Positions 41,343 through 50,796 of a DNA stretch of 64,000 nt are shown here, one piece after another. Below the pieces are notes generated by a model, which was given only the letters and a program-made list of their open reading frames with translations, was not told the DNA's origin and searched no databases. The DNA comes from an uncultured bacterium (GTDB lineage: Bacteria; Zixibacteria; MSB-5A5; GN15; FEB-12): contig CBDVDR010000006.1 in NCBI GenBank assembly GCA_965372795.1, positions 64,001 to 128,000 on the forward strand. The letters are read 5' to 3'. Numbering within the stretch: position 1 is the stretch's first letter; each line of letters opens with the position of its first letter. Both the position numbers and the translations under genes were made by a program.

Positions 41343-42145
41343 GTAAATACCTCCTATCAAGTGATTAATTGTTATGCTTTCCTTGGAGCTTTTAAGAAAA
41401 TGTCCCTATTTACTTGTTTAGATAGAAAACAAATACTAGAACCAAGAAAAATAAATACTTTGTTAAGTCCTTTAACTATACTCTCATACACCTCCTGTTT
41501 TTTCACGATTTTGTTATCTTCCTTATTCACAACTATTTATATAGATACCTTTATGAATTTCATATATCACGCCACATTACTTAAGCCTATAAACGGCATT
41601 TTTACCGTCAACTGTCAACAAAAAAAAACTTATAAATTATCTATTTTTAACATGTTGCAGAGATTTTGTGAATAACAATTCACTTCCTACTATACTAAAC
41701 ATGATTTCACGCCTATACTCCTTATCTATTGCATTACTTGAGCTTAAATAATACTCATACAATTTTGACAAGTTTAGAGCAATAAACTAAAGTTAGGTTA
41801 GTATTTGATTAATTCTGAGGATGATAAAACAAGAATTAGCTATTTTTTATAAAAACCTCCTTATTTTTATTAAATTTAACGATTCTTTCTATTTTTAAAC
41901 CAAAGGCAAGATATTAACGTCATAATTCATAAAAATGTTTGCACAAACGCAGTATTTGCCTTAGAAATTTAGTTATTTGAGTATTACATTCCCTGCCTTG
42001 AAATGGATAAATTTATATCTTTTAATTGACTCGATCTCCAAAGCTTCGTATAATATTATGGTAGGAAAAAAACGAGCACAATCAGTAGCCTGCCATTATT
42101 GTTTAGTAAATAATAATATAACATATACATATAAAGAGGTGACTT

Positions 42146-42604
42146 ATGCGAGTCAAAACAGAATTAGAGAAAAAGAAGAGAAAAATCATCACAGCCTTAC
42201 CAGATATGACCATTGACAAAGCGATGGACCTTATGATTTCAGAGAAAATTGGTTGTTTACCTGTCCTTGATCATAATAAAAATTTGGTTGGGATAATCAG
42301 CGATAAAGATATTTTTAAAAAAATCCATGAAACCAAAGGTGAATTTCATCATCTGAATGTCGAAGACTTAATGACCACTGAACTAATAGTTGCTCAACCT
42401 GAAGATGATATCAATTTTGTTGCCGGCATCATGGATAAATATTGGATCAGGCATATTCCGATTATTGAAGACAATCAAATGGTTGGATTACTTTCAATTG
42501 GTGATATCAACAAAGTTCAAATGGAAGATACTGAAATCGAGAATAAATATTTAAAATTATATACTAGCGGACTTGGCTTAAGGGACAAATCTTCTGATAT
42601 GTAA
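42146..42604 (+). CDS. CBS domain pair protein
   Basis: IGCLPV..LVGIISDKD and IRHIPI..VGLLSIGD. Confidence 0.9.
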   Translation: MRVKTELEKKKRKIITALPDMTIDKAMDLMISEKIGCLPVLDHNKNLVGIISDKDIFKKIHETKGEFHHLNVEDLMTTELIVAQPEDDINFVAGIMDKYWIRHIPIIEDNQMVGLLSIGDINKVQMEDTEIENKYLKLYTSGLGLRDKSSDM

Positions 42605-42662
42605 GTATAAAAGTTTTAGTTTTAAAAAAATCCAATTTGATGTTAATGTATCATGGATTTAA

Positions 42663-42688
42663 TGAAACCATAATGCCATTTCTACGTA
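42663..42688 (+). promoter_or_regulatory. SigW-type ECF promoter before the STAS gene
   Basis: TGAAAC-N16-CGTA. Confidence 0.65.
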
Positions 42689-42730
42689 TTCCTTACTAAC
42701 CGATAGATTAATATCATAAAGGAATATAAA

Positions 42731-43105
42731 ATGAAGTTCACAGATACCGTCCTGGAACGGACAATCCTCTTTAAATTTTCCGGTAGAATTTATGGCGGGA
42801 AAGAAGCCACCTTATTCTATGGAAGGCTACATGAATATTTGAACCTTGGCTACAAAAATTTTATCATCGACTGCAATAATGTCATTAGAATGAATTCATG
42901 CGGACTGGGTATATTAACCTCAGCCAATAATACTATCAAAAAAGTAAATGGAAATATTTGCTTAACTAATATTGATAAGATTGAATCTCTTCTTGTAGTT
43001 ACAAGGTTGGCAACTGTTTTTGATCACTATGACACGATTGAAGAAGCGATATTGCCAAATTCAATGAAGGTTCAGAGCAGACAACAAGATAGTTTGTTAA
43101 ATTGA
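42731..43105 (+). CDS. STAS domain anti-sigma factor antagonist
   Basis: IIDCNNVIRMNSCGLGIL (DSxGLG-like motif) and TRLATVF. Confidence 0.85.
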   Translation: MKFTDTVLERTILFKFSGRIYGGKEATLFYGRLHEYLNLGYKNFIIDCNNVIRMNSCGLGILTSANNTIKKVNGNICLTNIDKIESLLVVTRLATVFDHYDTIEEAILPNSMKVQSRQQDSLLN

Positions 43106-43636
43106 AAAAACTTTGAGCCCTTTGACTTTTTTCCTTAAAAGAAAACGATCAAGAAGCCCAAAAAAGATTAAGACAAAAGCGATAAATAAAGCCGTTTCAA
43201 AACTTATACCAAATTTATCATATAAAATATCACCTTGAGATTTTATTGCTTGAGATGCATTTGATTCCATCTTATTGAATACTTTATAAGTATTCACAAA
43301 AGCCTGCAAACCGTTATAATATACAAGCAGAATTATTGATGCGACTGCAGCTGCAAAGCCCATGACAAAATCGAAGACTCTCCCTCGTTCTTCTTTTTGT
43401 TGAGCAATTTGAGGAATAGGCAGAGTTGCAATTTTATCCATCAACCGATTCTCAAAGTCAATTGATAAATCAGGTGTTTTATCAATCCCCAAGCCGCCAT
43501 ATATTTCTTGATACGAATTTAAATCAGCCCGGCATTTTGAACATGAAGAAATATGACTTTCGAATTTACTTTGATCTTTTAAAGTTCCATCAAGAAATTC
43601 TTGAATAAGATCGTCTTTCAAATGTTTCTGGCTCAT
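43097..43636 (-). CDS. Membrane anti-sigma factor with zinc-binding (ZAS) domain
   Basis: H...HISSCSKC (HxxxCxxC) and two TM segments; overlaps the stop of the sigma gene. Confidence 0.85.
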   Translation of the reverse strand: MSQKHLKDDLIQEFLDGTLKDQSKFESHISSCSKCRADLNSYQEIYGGLGIDKTPDLSIDFENRLMDKIATLPIPQIAQQKEERGRVFDFVMGFAAAVASIILLVYYNGLQAFVNTYKVFNKMESNASQAIKSQGDILYDKFGISFETALFIAFVLIFFGLLDRFLLRKKVKGLKVFSI

Positions 43637-44205
43637 AAATCACCATCTTCATATTTTAACATCAATCGATCCTTCAATAGCTTCCGTCCTCGGAATAAAT
43701 AGCTTTTAACGGTCCCTTCCGGAAGCTTCATAATTTTTGCAATTTCATCATACTTAAGTTCATCCAGATGATAAAGAGTGATTATAGTTTTATATTGCAT
43801 CGGTAAAGAATCTATTTCATTTCTAATACGCTCAGAGAGATCAATTTGTTCGACCACTTTCTCGGGATTCATCAGACTTGATGGGATATTATCAATGGTT
43901 TCATTCTCAGCCGAAATATCTTCATATAAAACAGCTTTTTTCTTTTCAAGAAACGTCAGACACCGATTGTAGGCAATTCTTCCAATCCAGGTTGATAGTT
44001 TTGCATTAAAATGAAATCCACCCAAATTTTGATAGACTTTCACAAAAACATCCTGACAAATGTCCTCTCGTTCGGTTATGTTCGGTATCATCTTATACAC
44101 TATATGGTTAACCAGTTTTCGGTAATTTTGAAACAATTCTCTAAAGGCACTTTGATCACCTTCTAATACCCTCTGAATTAACAGTTTATCATTATCTAAT
44201 CCCAT
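43633..44205 (-). CDS. ECF RNA polymerase sigma factor (SigW/RpoE-like)
   Basis: DICQDVFVKVY, LSTWIGRIAYN, YDEIAKIMKLPEGTVKSYLFRGR. Confidence 0.93.
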   Translation of the reverse strand: MGLDNDKLLIQRVLEGDQSAFRELFQNYRKLVNHIVYKMIPNITEREDICQDVFVKVYQNLGGFHFNAKLSTWIGRIAYNRCLTFLEKKKAVLYEDISAENETIDNIPSSLMNPEKVVEQIDLSERIRNEIDSLPMQYKTIITLYHLDELKYDEIAKIMKLPEGTVKSYLFRGRKLLKDRLMLKYEDGDL

Positions 44206-44218
44206 ATCATTAACTTAT

Positions 44219-44246
44219 TTGACAGATTATAGAAGGAAAGGTTGCA
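44219..44246 (-). promoter_or_regulatory. ECF-type promoter of the sigma/anti-sigma operon
   Basis: Minus strand TGCAAC-N17-GTCAA. Confidence 0.65.
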
Positions 44247-44265
44247 TTTAAATTATAGTTTAATC

Positions 44266-44293
44266 TGCAACTTTATTTTGCCCCAACAGTCTA
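44266..44293 (+). promoter_or_regulatory. ECF-type promoter of the divergent membrane-protein gene
   Basis: TGCAAC-N17-GTCTA. Confidence 0.65.
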
Positions 44294-44335
44294 TTACACC
44301 AGAAGACAAAACGAAACATAAAAAAGGAGACTGTC

Positions 44336-44698
44336 ATGGATTGGGCAGAAGTTCTTATCCCGATTACAATATTCGGATGTGCAGTTTTAATAGTCAAAAT
44401 CGTTACAGACTATAAACTCAGAAAGCAATTGGTCGAAAAAGGAGAAGTCAGCGAAAATGTTAAATATCTTTTCTCTGGATATTCAGACAAAGTCAAAATG
44501 AGATCTAACCTTAAATGGGGCTTAATTTTAGTTGGAATTGGTGTTGCTATGTTATTAAAGCAAATTTCACCTTTCTACATTTCCGATGAAAGTATCCTCG
44601 GTCTTGTTTTCTTATTTGGGGGCATTGGTTTTTTGGCATATTTTTATGTCGCATCGAAAGATTCCAACAATAGCAATGCCGGACCTCAAAATCAATAA
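44336..44698 (+). CDS. Small 3-TM membrane protein (DUF6249-like)
   Basis: AGGAG RBS; RKQLVEKG..LKWGLILVGIG pattern; divergent from the ECF gene. Confidence 0.7.
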   Translation: MDWAEVLIPITIFGCAVLIVKIVTDYKLRKQLVEKGEVSENVKYLFSGYSDKVKMRSNLKWGLILVGIGVAMLLKQISPFYISDESILGLVFLFGGIGFLAYFYVASKDSNNSNAGPQNQ

Positions 44699-44727
44699 AT
44701 CTTTTTTCTCTGATCCCATTCGATAAG

Positions 44728-44753
44728 AAAGCCGGGCTTAGCCTGGTTTTTTT
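44728..44753 (+). terminator. Intrinsic terminator
   Basis: AAAGCCGGGC-TTA-GCCTGGTTTT plus T run. Confidence 0.7.
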
Positions 44754-44832
44754 ATTTGTCTCAAAATAATTGATTTTCCCATATTTATCATTAAATTAGC
44801 ACGATTACAATCTATTATAATTGGAGGAAAGA

Positions 44833-46269
44833 ATGTCCGGACATCATATTCTATTTAAACTCTCAATGCTATTCTTGCTAATTATTATTACAGTTCCCGC
44901 TTTTGCAGAAACAGGTAAAATTGATGACAAATTAATCGACAGATTTATAAGTGACTTCAACAATCACGGTGATCAAAGTTCGTTGATCAATGCTTTGACT
45001 AATAACAATATAAAAAGCTTATCCCTAAATCGGGAAAAACTATTATCGCATGACACTTTCATGAATTTAAAACTCGAAGGCAGTAAAATCACCAACCAGA
45101 AAGGTTCCGGTCGGTGCTGGATGTTTGCCGGAGGTAATATTTATTCTCCAAAAGTTATAACCAAACTCAGCATTGATAATTTTGAACTATCAGAATCCTA
45201 TCTTGCCTTTTGGGACAAAATGGAAAAATCAAATCTGTTCCTTGAAAATATAATTGAACATCGCGATAAAGAATTTAATGATCGAACGATGCAGACTATT
45301 ATTGACTCTCCATTTGGTGATGGCGGCTGGTGGCATTATTTTACTGATCTGGTAAACAAGTACGGCATCGTTCCAATTTCAGCAATGCCTGAGACGAAAC
45401 AATCAAGCAGCACCGGCAATATAAACAAACTTGCAACATCACTATTGCGAAAAGGTGCTTCAAATATTCGTCAGATGCATCGCTGGGGGAATAAGGAAAG
45501 TGAGTTACGACAAATTAAAGAAGAAACTTTAAGCGAAATATATCGCCTTTTAACTTATAGCTATGGTAAGCCTCCGGTAGAATTTACATTACGATACAAC
45601 ACTGATGACAGCGCCAAAACTACTGTAAAAAAAACATATACTCCAATTAGTTTCAGCAGTGAAATTTTCGGTGATCAATTGCCTGATTATGTTGCCTTGA
45701 TTAACAATCCGGTCAGAGATTTTGATCAGCTTTATCTTCTTGAAGGGAGCCGAAATATTTATGAGAAATCTGACTTCAGCGTTTTAAATCTCACCTCTGA
45801 AAAACTTCGTGAATATACCTTAGCCTCCTTAATAGACTCTCAGGCAGTCTGGTTCGCCTGCGATGTCGGCAAAGATAACTATAACGACTCTGGGTTATTC
45901 AAAGTTGATATTTACGATTTCAATTCTACTTTTAATATGGATTTTAAACTTTCAAAAACAGACCGGATTAATTTCCAGGAAATCTCCCCCAACCATGCCA
46001 TGGTAATTTCGGGTACTGATACAACTGATACTGGCGAACCGGTTAAGTGGATGGTTGAAAATAGCTGGGGATCAAAAAAAGGAAAAGATGGTTACTGGTA
46101 TATGTACAATGACTGGTTTGATGAATATGTACTGATGGTCATCATTGATAAAAAGTTATTATCAGATGAAGATGCTAAAAAGTTTGAACAAAAACCGATA
46201 ACAGTCCCAACCTGGGAACCATTCTTTCTGGCGTTGAGAAATCTTGGCTCCAGTTTAAATAAATACTAA
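44833..46269 (+). CDS. pepC: Aminopeptidase C / bleomycin hydrolase (C1B) with signal peptide
   Basis: NQKGSGRCWMFA, NHAM, VENSWG; ATG 44833 after GGAGG. Confidence 0.88.
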   Translation: MSGHHILFKLSMLFLLIIITVPAFAETGKIDDKLIDRFISDFNNHGDQSSLINALTNNNIKSLSLNREKLLSHDTFMNLKLEGSKITNQKGSGRCWMFAGGNIYSPKVITKLSIDNFELSESYLAFWDKMEKSNLFLENIIEHRDKEFNDRTMQTIIDSPFGDGGWWHYFTDLVNKYGIVPISAMPETKQSSSTGNINKLATSLLRKGASNIRQMHRWGNKESELRQIKEETLSEIYRLLTYSYGKPPVEFTLRYNTDDSAKTTVKKTYTPISFSSEIFGDQLPDYVALINNPVRDFDQLYLLEGSRNIYEKSDFSVLNLTSEKLREYTLASLIDSQAVWFACDVGKDNYNDSGLFKVDIYDFNSTFNMDFKLSKTDRINFQEISPNHAMVISGTDTTDTGEPVKWMVENSWGSKKGKDGYWYMYNDWFDEYVLMVIIDKKLLSDEDAKKFEQKPITVPTWEPFFLALRNLGSSLNKY

Positions 46270-47634
46270 ATGGAAATAATAAAAAAAATCAAACTGATTG
46301 TCGACCCTGAACAGATATCTCAACAGTCTGATCAGCTGATGGTTGCATCAAAAGATGAATCAACTCTACCCGGAGTTATGCCGTTAGCAGTTATCTGGCC
46401 CAAAGACAAACAGCAAATTTCTGAAATAATCAAACTATGTGCTGAGACTAATACGCCTATTACCACCAGAGGAGCTGGGAGTGCCCTTGAGGGTTCAACT
46501 ATCCCCAGCGAAAATGGCATTGTTCTTGATGTCAGCCGAATGACTGCTATTCTTGAATACTGGCCTCAGGATTTACAAATTAGGGTGCAACCCGGTTTGA
46601 TCTATGATCACCTTAATGACAAACTCAAACGAGATGGTTTGTTTTTCCCACCCTCGCCGGGTGGCTCGGGAGATGTTGCCTCAATTGGCGGCATGGTATC
46701 TACTAATGCCAGCGGTATTTATTCTGTAAAATATGGTGGGACCAAAGAATATATACTTGAACTTGAAATTGTAACCGGAACCGGAGAAATTCTAAAAGTA
46801 GGCAATCGCGCGATCAAGCGTTCCAGCGGATATAATCTTGTCGAACTAATCACCGGGTCAGAAGGTACTCTGGCAGTTATTACAGCTATCACTTTGAAGC
46901 TCGCTGGACTCCCCGAAGATAAGCTTCAAACCGCATATAAATTTGAAAATGAGATAAACGCTGCCAAAGCTGTCTCGGAGATGCGTCGTTATGGTATTGA
47001 TCTGGCTGCTATTGAATTCCTTGATCGAAGAGTTATGAAAGCCTTAAACCAATTAAAAGATTATAAACTCGAAGAAGTACCATGCTTATTTTTAGAATTC
47101 CATGGACCCAAAGCATCAATTGAGTCCAATAATGAAATGGCTGAATCTATCTGCAAAGAGCATAATGGCACAACTTTAACTCTTGAGGAAGGTCAACGTC
47201 CCTGGGAAATTCGTCATTATGTTACCGAATCAATCAAACATCTGAAACCGGGATTCACAATTATTAGAAATGATGTTGCCTTTCCAATTTCCCATTTGCC
47301 GGATATGGTTGAGTATTGTTATAAATTAGCAGACTCTAATAATATTCCTATCCACACTTTCGGTCATGTTGGTCTGGGGCTCCTCCATGCCTTATTGTTA
47401 GCCGATATGAATGATTCTGACCAATGGAAGCTTGCTATTAAAATAAACGATGAGATCATTAAGAAAACACTCGAATTAGGCGGTACTATCTCAGGAGAAC
47501 ACGGTATCGGAACCGGACACAAAAACCTCTTCAATCTTGAACATGGTTTATCTGTAGATTTAATGCGTAAGATAAAAAAACAATTCGATCCAAATAATAT
47601 TTTAAATCCCGGAAAAATCTTTGATTTAGTTTAA
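46270..47634 (+). CDS. FAD-linked oxidase (GlcD/D-lactate dehydrogenase family)
   Basis: RGAGSALEG, SIGGMVSTNASG, GSEGTL, GTISGEHGIG, DPNNILNPGK. Confidence 0.9.
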   Translation: MEIIKKIKLIVDPEQISQQSDQLMVASKDESTLPGVMPLAVIWPKDKQQISEIIKLCAETNTPITTRGAGSALEGSTIPSENGIVLDVSRMTAILEYWPQDLQIRVQPGLIYDHLNDKLKRDGLFFPPSPGGSGDVASIGGMVSTNASGIYSVKYGGTKEYILELEIVTGTGEILKVGNRAIKRSSGYNLVELITGSEGTLAVITAITLKLAGLPEDKLQTAYKFENEINAAKAVSEMRRYGIDLAAIEFLDRRVMKALNQLKDYKLEEVPCLFLEFHGPKASIESNNEMAESICKEHNGTTLTLEEGQRPWEIRHYVTESIKHLKPGFTIIRNDVAFPISHLPDMVEYCYKLADSNNIPIHTFGHVGLGLLHALLLADMNDSDQWKLAIKINDEIIKKTLELGGTISGEHGIGTGHKNLFNLEHGLSVDLMRKIKKQFDPNNILNPGKIFDLV

Positions 47635-47789
47635 CTTCTCTCACTATCTCAATAAAGTATTGACCGATAATTAGATGGTTATTTGAGGAGTTACACTTTT
47701 AATATTCCAAACTTGACAATTTTTGCTCATTTTGTATAATACTTAGCTAATTGGAACATTTTTTAAAAATAAATTTATAATAAAGTAAT

Positions 47790-48503
47790 ATGAAAACAAA
47801 AAAAAATACAATAATTACATTACTGTTAATTGCTCTTCCGGCAGTATTATTGGCAGCCTCTAAACTTGAAGTAAAAGAAAGTAAGTTCAATTTTGGCTAT
47901 ATTCCGCAAAATTGTAATATTACTCATAATTTCTGGTTTATTTCAGCAGGTGAGGACACTTTAAAAATCAATAAGATAAAAACCGGCTGCTCCTGTGCTG
48001 TGATGCCCCTTGAAAAAGACTGGATTGCCCCTGGTGACAGCATGCAAATTGGAATTCATTGGAAAATAAAACGTGAAGCTGGTGAAGCGGCAAAAAATCC
48101 GGCTATTTATACAAATGCTAAGGCAGATCCTTATCGAATTGGTGTAGCAGGATCCGTTATGAAAAACCCGATGAGCGATATTGATGCTGCCTCGATAAGT
48201 CCTTATATCATAGAATTGGCTAAAGTTGGAAATAAATCCATTGATAGCCTTTCATTTGAGATTACGAATAAATTAGAATATGAAGTTTCAGTCAATATTA
48301 TTGAATCGAATATAGAGCAATGTATTTTAACCCTTCCGGAACTTTTGGGACCATTTGAAGTTTTTACAGCTATGGCTGTTGTTAAACCAGAATTTCTCGA
48401 TCAGGAGTTTACCGGTTCTGTTACAATTGAATTATCGGGACCTAAAGATACAAGAATAACGATTCCGATTAGAAGAAAAATATACAATTCAAGTTCTCAA
48501 TAG
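47790..48503 (+). CDS. Secreted DUF1573-like Ig-fold protein with CxC motif
   Basis: Signal peptide; FNFGYIPQ..HNFW..GEDTLKI..KTGCSC..IAPGDS. Confidence 0.75.
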   Translation: MKTKKNTIITLLLIALPAVLLAASKLEVKESKFNFGYIPQNCNITHNFWFISAGEDTLKINKIKTGCSCAVMPLEKDWIAPGDSMQIGIHWKIKREAGEAAKNPAIYTNAKADPYRIGVAGSVMKNPMSDIDAASISPYIIELAKVGNKSIDSLSFEITNKLEYEVSVNIIESNIEQCILTLPELLGPFEVFTAMAVVKPEFLDQEFTGSVTIELSGPKDTRITIPIRRKIYNSSSQ

Positions 48504-48565
48504 AATTTGACGAAAAAAGAGAAGAAAACGAAAAACATTATTTATATAGAAAGCATATAATAAGA

Positions 48566-49291
48566 ATGAAACGCTTAATTATTGTAACTATTTTAGTTGT
48601 CTTTGTAGCCTTGGCTGCCTTCAGTGCTCCGAGATTATCAATTCAGGAAAGTAGCTTTAATTTCGGTTATGTACCACAGAATTCAAAAATATCTCATGAT
48701 TTTTGGCTGATGTCTACCGGAGATGATACTTTAAAAATTCTCAAAATAATACCTGGCTGAGGATGCACAAAAGCTCCTCTTGAGAAGGAGATACTTGCTG
48801 TCGGTGACAGCACAATATTAGAAATCATATTCTCAACCAAGAAATATAAAAACAGAATCACTAAACGCCCGAGAATCCAGACCAACGAAGGCACACCCGA
48901 TAAAACGGTACAAATTATTGCCCACGTTGTTCAACGTCCTGACTCTACCTATCCTGTTATAATTCAACCTTACAAACTCGACCTGTCCCAATTCACAGAA
49001 AAAGTAAGAGACAAAATAAACTTTAAAATCACAAACGTTTCTGACCAGCCTTTGGATTTATCTTTAATATCATTCTCTGCTAAAATGTTTGAAGTCAAGC
49101 TGCCAAGTTCTGTTGACCCCGGTAAAACAGCTGAAGGTACTCTCAAACTTAAAAAGAGTGCCCTTGATAAATCTTTCGAAAAATCTTTTACGTTTGAAAT
49201 TAACGATGAAAAAAATAGCCGCTTTACTATACCTGTAAAAAGAACTGTTCGCATTACTGCAAACAAAGGGAGCGGCAAGGCTGGAAAATAA
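48566..49291 (+). CDS. DUF1573-like paralog (241 aa) with in-frame TGA; candidate selenoprotein (UGC motif)
   Basis: ORFs 48566-48760 and 49052-49291 are in one frame, joined by open sequence after TGA 48758-48760. The TGA aligns to the first Cys of GCSC in the upstream paralog. Confidence 0.75.
48774..48812 (+). promoter_or_regulatory. Candidate bacterial SECIS hairpin(s)
   Basis: CTCCT-CTTGAGA-AGGAG (48774-48790) and TGCTGTC-GGT-GACAGCA (48796-48812), just 3' of the TGA. Confidence 0.45.
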
Positions 49292-49311
49292 TTCTGGTTT
49301 AATTCAGTTAT

Positions 49312-49341
49312 AAAAAAAGTCGCCGATTGGCGACTTTTTTT
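49312..49341. terminator. Bidirectional terminator
   Basis: AAAAAAAGTCGCC-GATT-GGCGACTTTTTTT between convergent genes. Confidence 0.88.
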
Positions 49342-49354
49342 TTGAAATTTACTT

Positions 49355-50782
49355 TTACTCAATGTCCATTCGTTGTCCCTCGGCAAGATTCTCTTCCCAT
49401 ATTTTACTAAATGGTTCTCCGAAGACATTGGAATGAACTAAACGGAAATCAAAGTTCCCGCTCCAATCCTCGAATACAAACAGTTTTCCTTCAGCAATGG
49501 ATCGATAGTACCAGACAACATACGGATTACCAATCCGAGGAGAGCTGATTTCATCAATTTCTTCATAAGGTCCGTAAGTAAGATAAATTCTACCTTGGTC
49601 AGATTGCCAACCATTGTTCTTTTGGGGGTTGTTTGAGAATAATTGATTTACATAATAAAATCTTTCAATTAACTCAAGACGTGATTCGTTCTCGGGCGTA
49701 TTTTTTTCAGAATCGTGCTCTGCCCAATATTGGTTCAGATAATTATTTTTCCCTTCATCAGTCAACCGATTCAAGGTAGCCATATGCTCAGGATTCAAAA
49801 CATATTTCACTAAATCAATTTTTTGCTTCAAGGAGAATCTATCATAAGGGTCTCCCCCGGCTGCTAATGGCTTGGCTATCTGATCAGGGATCGGTTCAAT
49901 AATTGCAAATGGGATAATGGTAGTATCAACCTGTTTGCTTTGTTTATCTAAAGCAATCATTTGAAAAGCATAAATATTCACCGGCCACCCTTTGATATCA
50001 AACTCTTCCACTATCACTGCTGAAGAACCGATTTTTTCAATTTGACGTTCGCCAAGAAACATAAAGAAACTTGAATCCTGATTCAAGGCCACATACGTCA
50101 GCTGGAATTTTGATGGTTTCTCAGAATTGTAATCCAGATTATACAATTCAGTATAAATGGTTATAGAAGTATCATTAGTTCCATAAATTGATGGCGGGTT
50201 GGGGTAAATACGGTATCCGTTTTTCACCATCTTTGAATTCGTATCCAGACTTTCTCCGACATAGTCAATATTATAGGCCAGATAAATATCACTCAAAGTA
50301 AGTTTTGCTTTATAAATCGGATCGACAATAATCTCGCCGATAAAAAACTCTCCCCGGTTTTTATTGACTACATCAATCACTGTAATTCTGGCAAGAAAAA
50401 TTCCTGGTTTGGCAAGGAGTTGCAAGCGACTGAATATTCTAACATTTTTTTTAGCAGCTTCTTCTTTTGTGGCAGCGACAATTGCAAAATAAGTATATGA
50501 TGAATCAATCGTTTGTCCTAATGTGTCTATTAAATCAACTTGTGCATAAACTCTGGCACTAAGTTTACCTTCGATTTTTTCATCATTGAAAAATTCGAAT
50601 TCATTTCTTTTTAATGCAATCGGAAATTCGAGTAATACAACAGAGTCCATTGACGGATTTGGAAATATTTTTACTGCGGTATAAACATTTATAATTTTTT
50701 CACCCGCGAAAATATTACCTGCAATTAGCAATATTATAAAAAAACAAAAAACACTTTTCGAAATAACCTTAATACTGTTCAC
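49355..50782 (-). CDS. GWxTD domain protein (GWQSD variant)
   Basis: Signal peptide; YW..D....ENE...GWQSDQGRIYLTYGP..VWYY..FVFED. Confidence 0.8.
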   Translation of the reverse strand: MNSIKVISKSVFCFFIILLIAGNIFAGEKIINVYTAVKIFPNPSMDSVVLLEFPIALKRNEFEFFNDEKIEGKLSARVYAQVDLIDTLGQTIDSSYTYFAIVAATKEEAAKKNVRIFSRLQLLAKPGIFLARITVIDVVNKNRGEFFIGEIIVDPIYKAKLTLSDIYLAYNIDYVGESLDTNSKMVKNGYRIYPNPPSIYGTNDTSITIYTELYNLDYNSEKPSKFQLTYVALNQDSSFFMFLGERQIEKIGSSAVIVEEFDIKGWPVNIYAFQMIALDKQSKQVDTTIIPFAIIEPIPDQIAKPLAAGGDPYDRFSLKQKIDLVKYVLNPEHMATLNRLTDEGKNNYLNQYWAEHDSEKNTPENESRLELIERFYYVNQLFSNNPQKNNGWQSDQGRIYLTYGPYEEIDEISSPRIGNPYVVWYYRSIAEGKLFVFEDWSGNFDFRLVHSNVFGEPFSKIWEENLAEGQRMDIE

Positions 50783-50796
50783 ATATCCCTCGTCTT

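Noticed and set aside
41479..41497. AGGAGGTGT-ATG mini-ORF (MRV*) upstream of the TBDR gene
   Set aside because: RBS-to-start spacing is very short and the ORF has three codons; there is no further support.
41361..42216. ORFs 41361-41675 and 41977-42216
   Set aside because: AT-rich intergenic frames without RBS or recognisable motifs; probably spurious.
48758..48760. Genome-wide TGA reassignment (code 4 or 25) as the explanation for the in-frame TGA
   Set aside because: TGA is the normal stop of full-length genes here (for example trpA, trpB), and Trp is encoded by TGG.
48970..49428. Antisense 152-aa ORF and the other short shadow ORFs in the track
   Set aside because: They lie opposite or out of frame to well-supported genes and have no family motifs.
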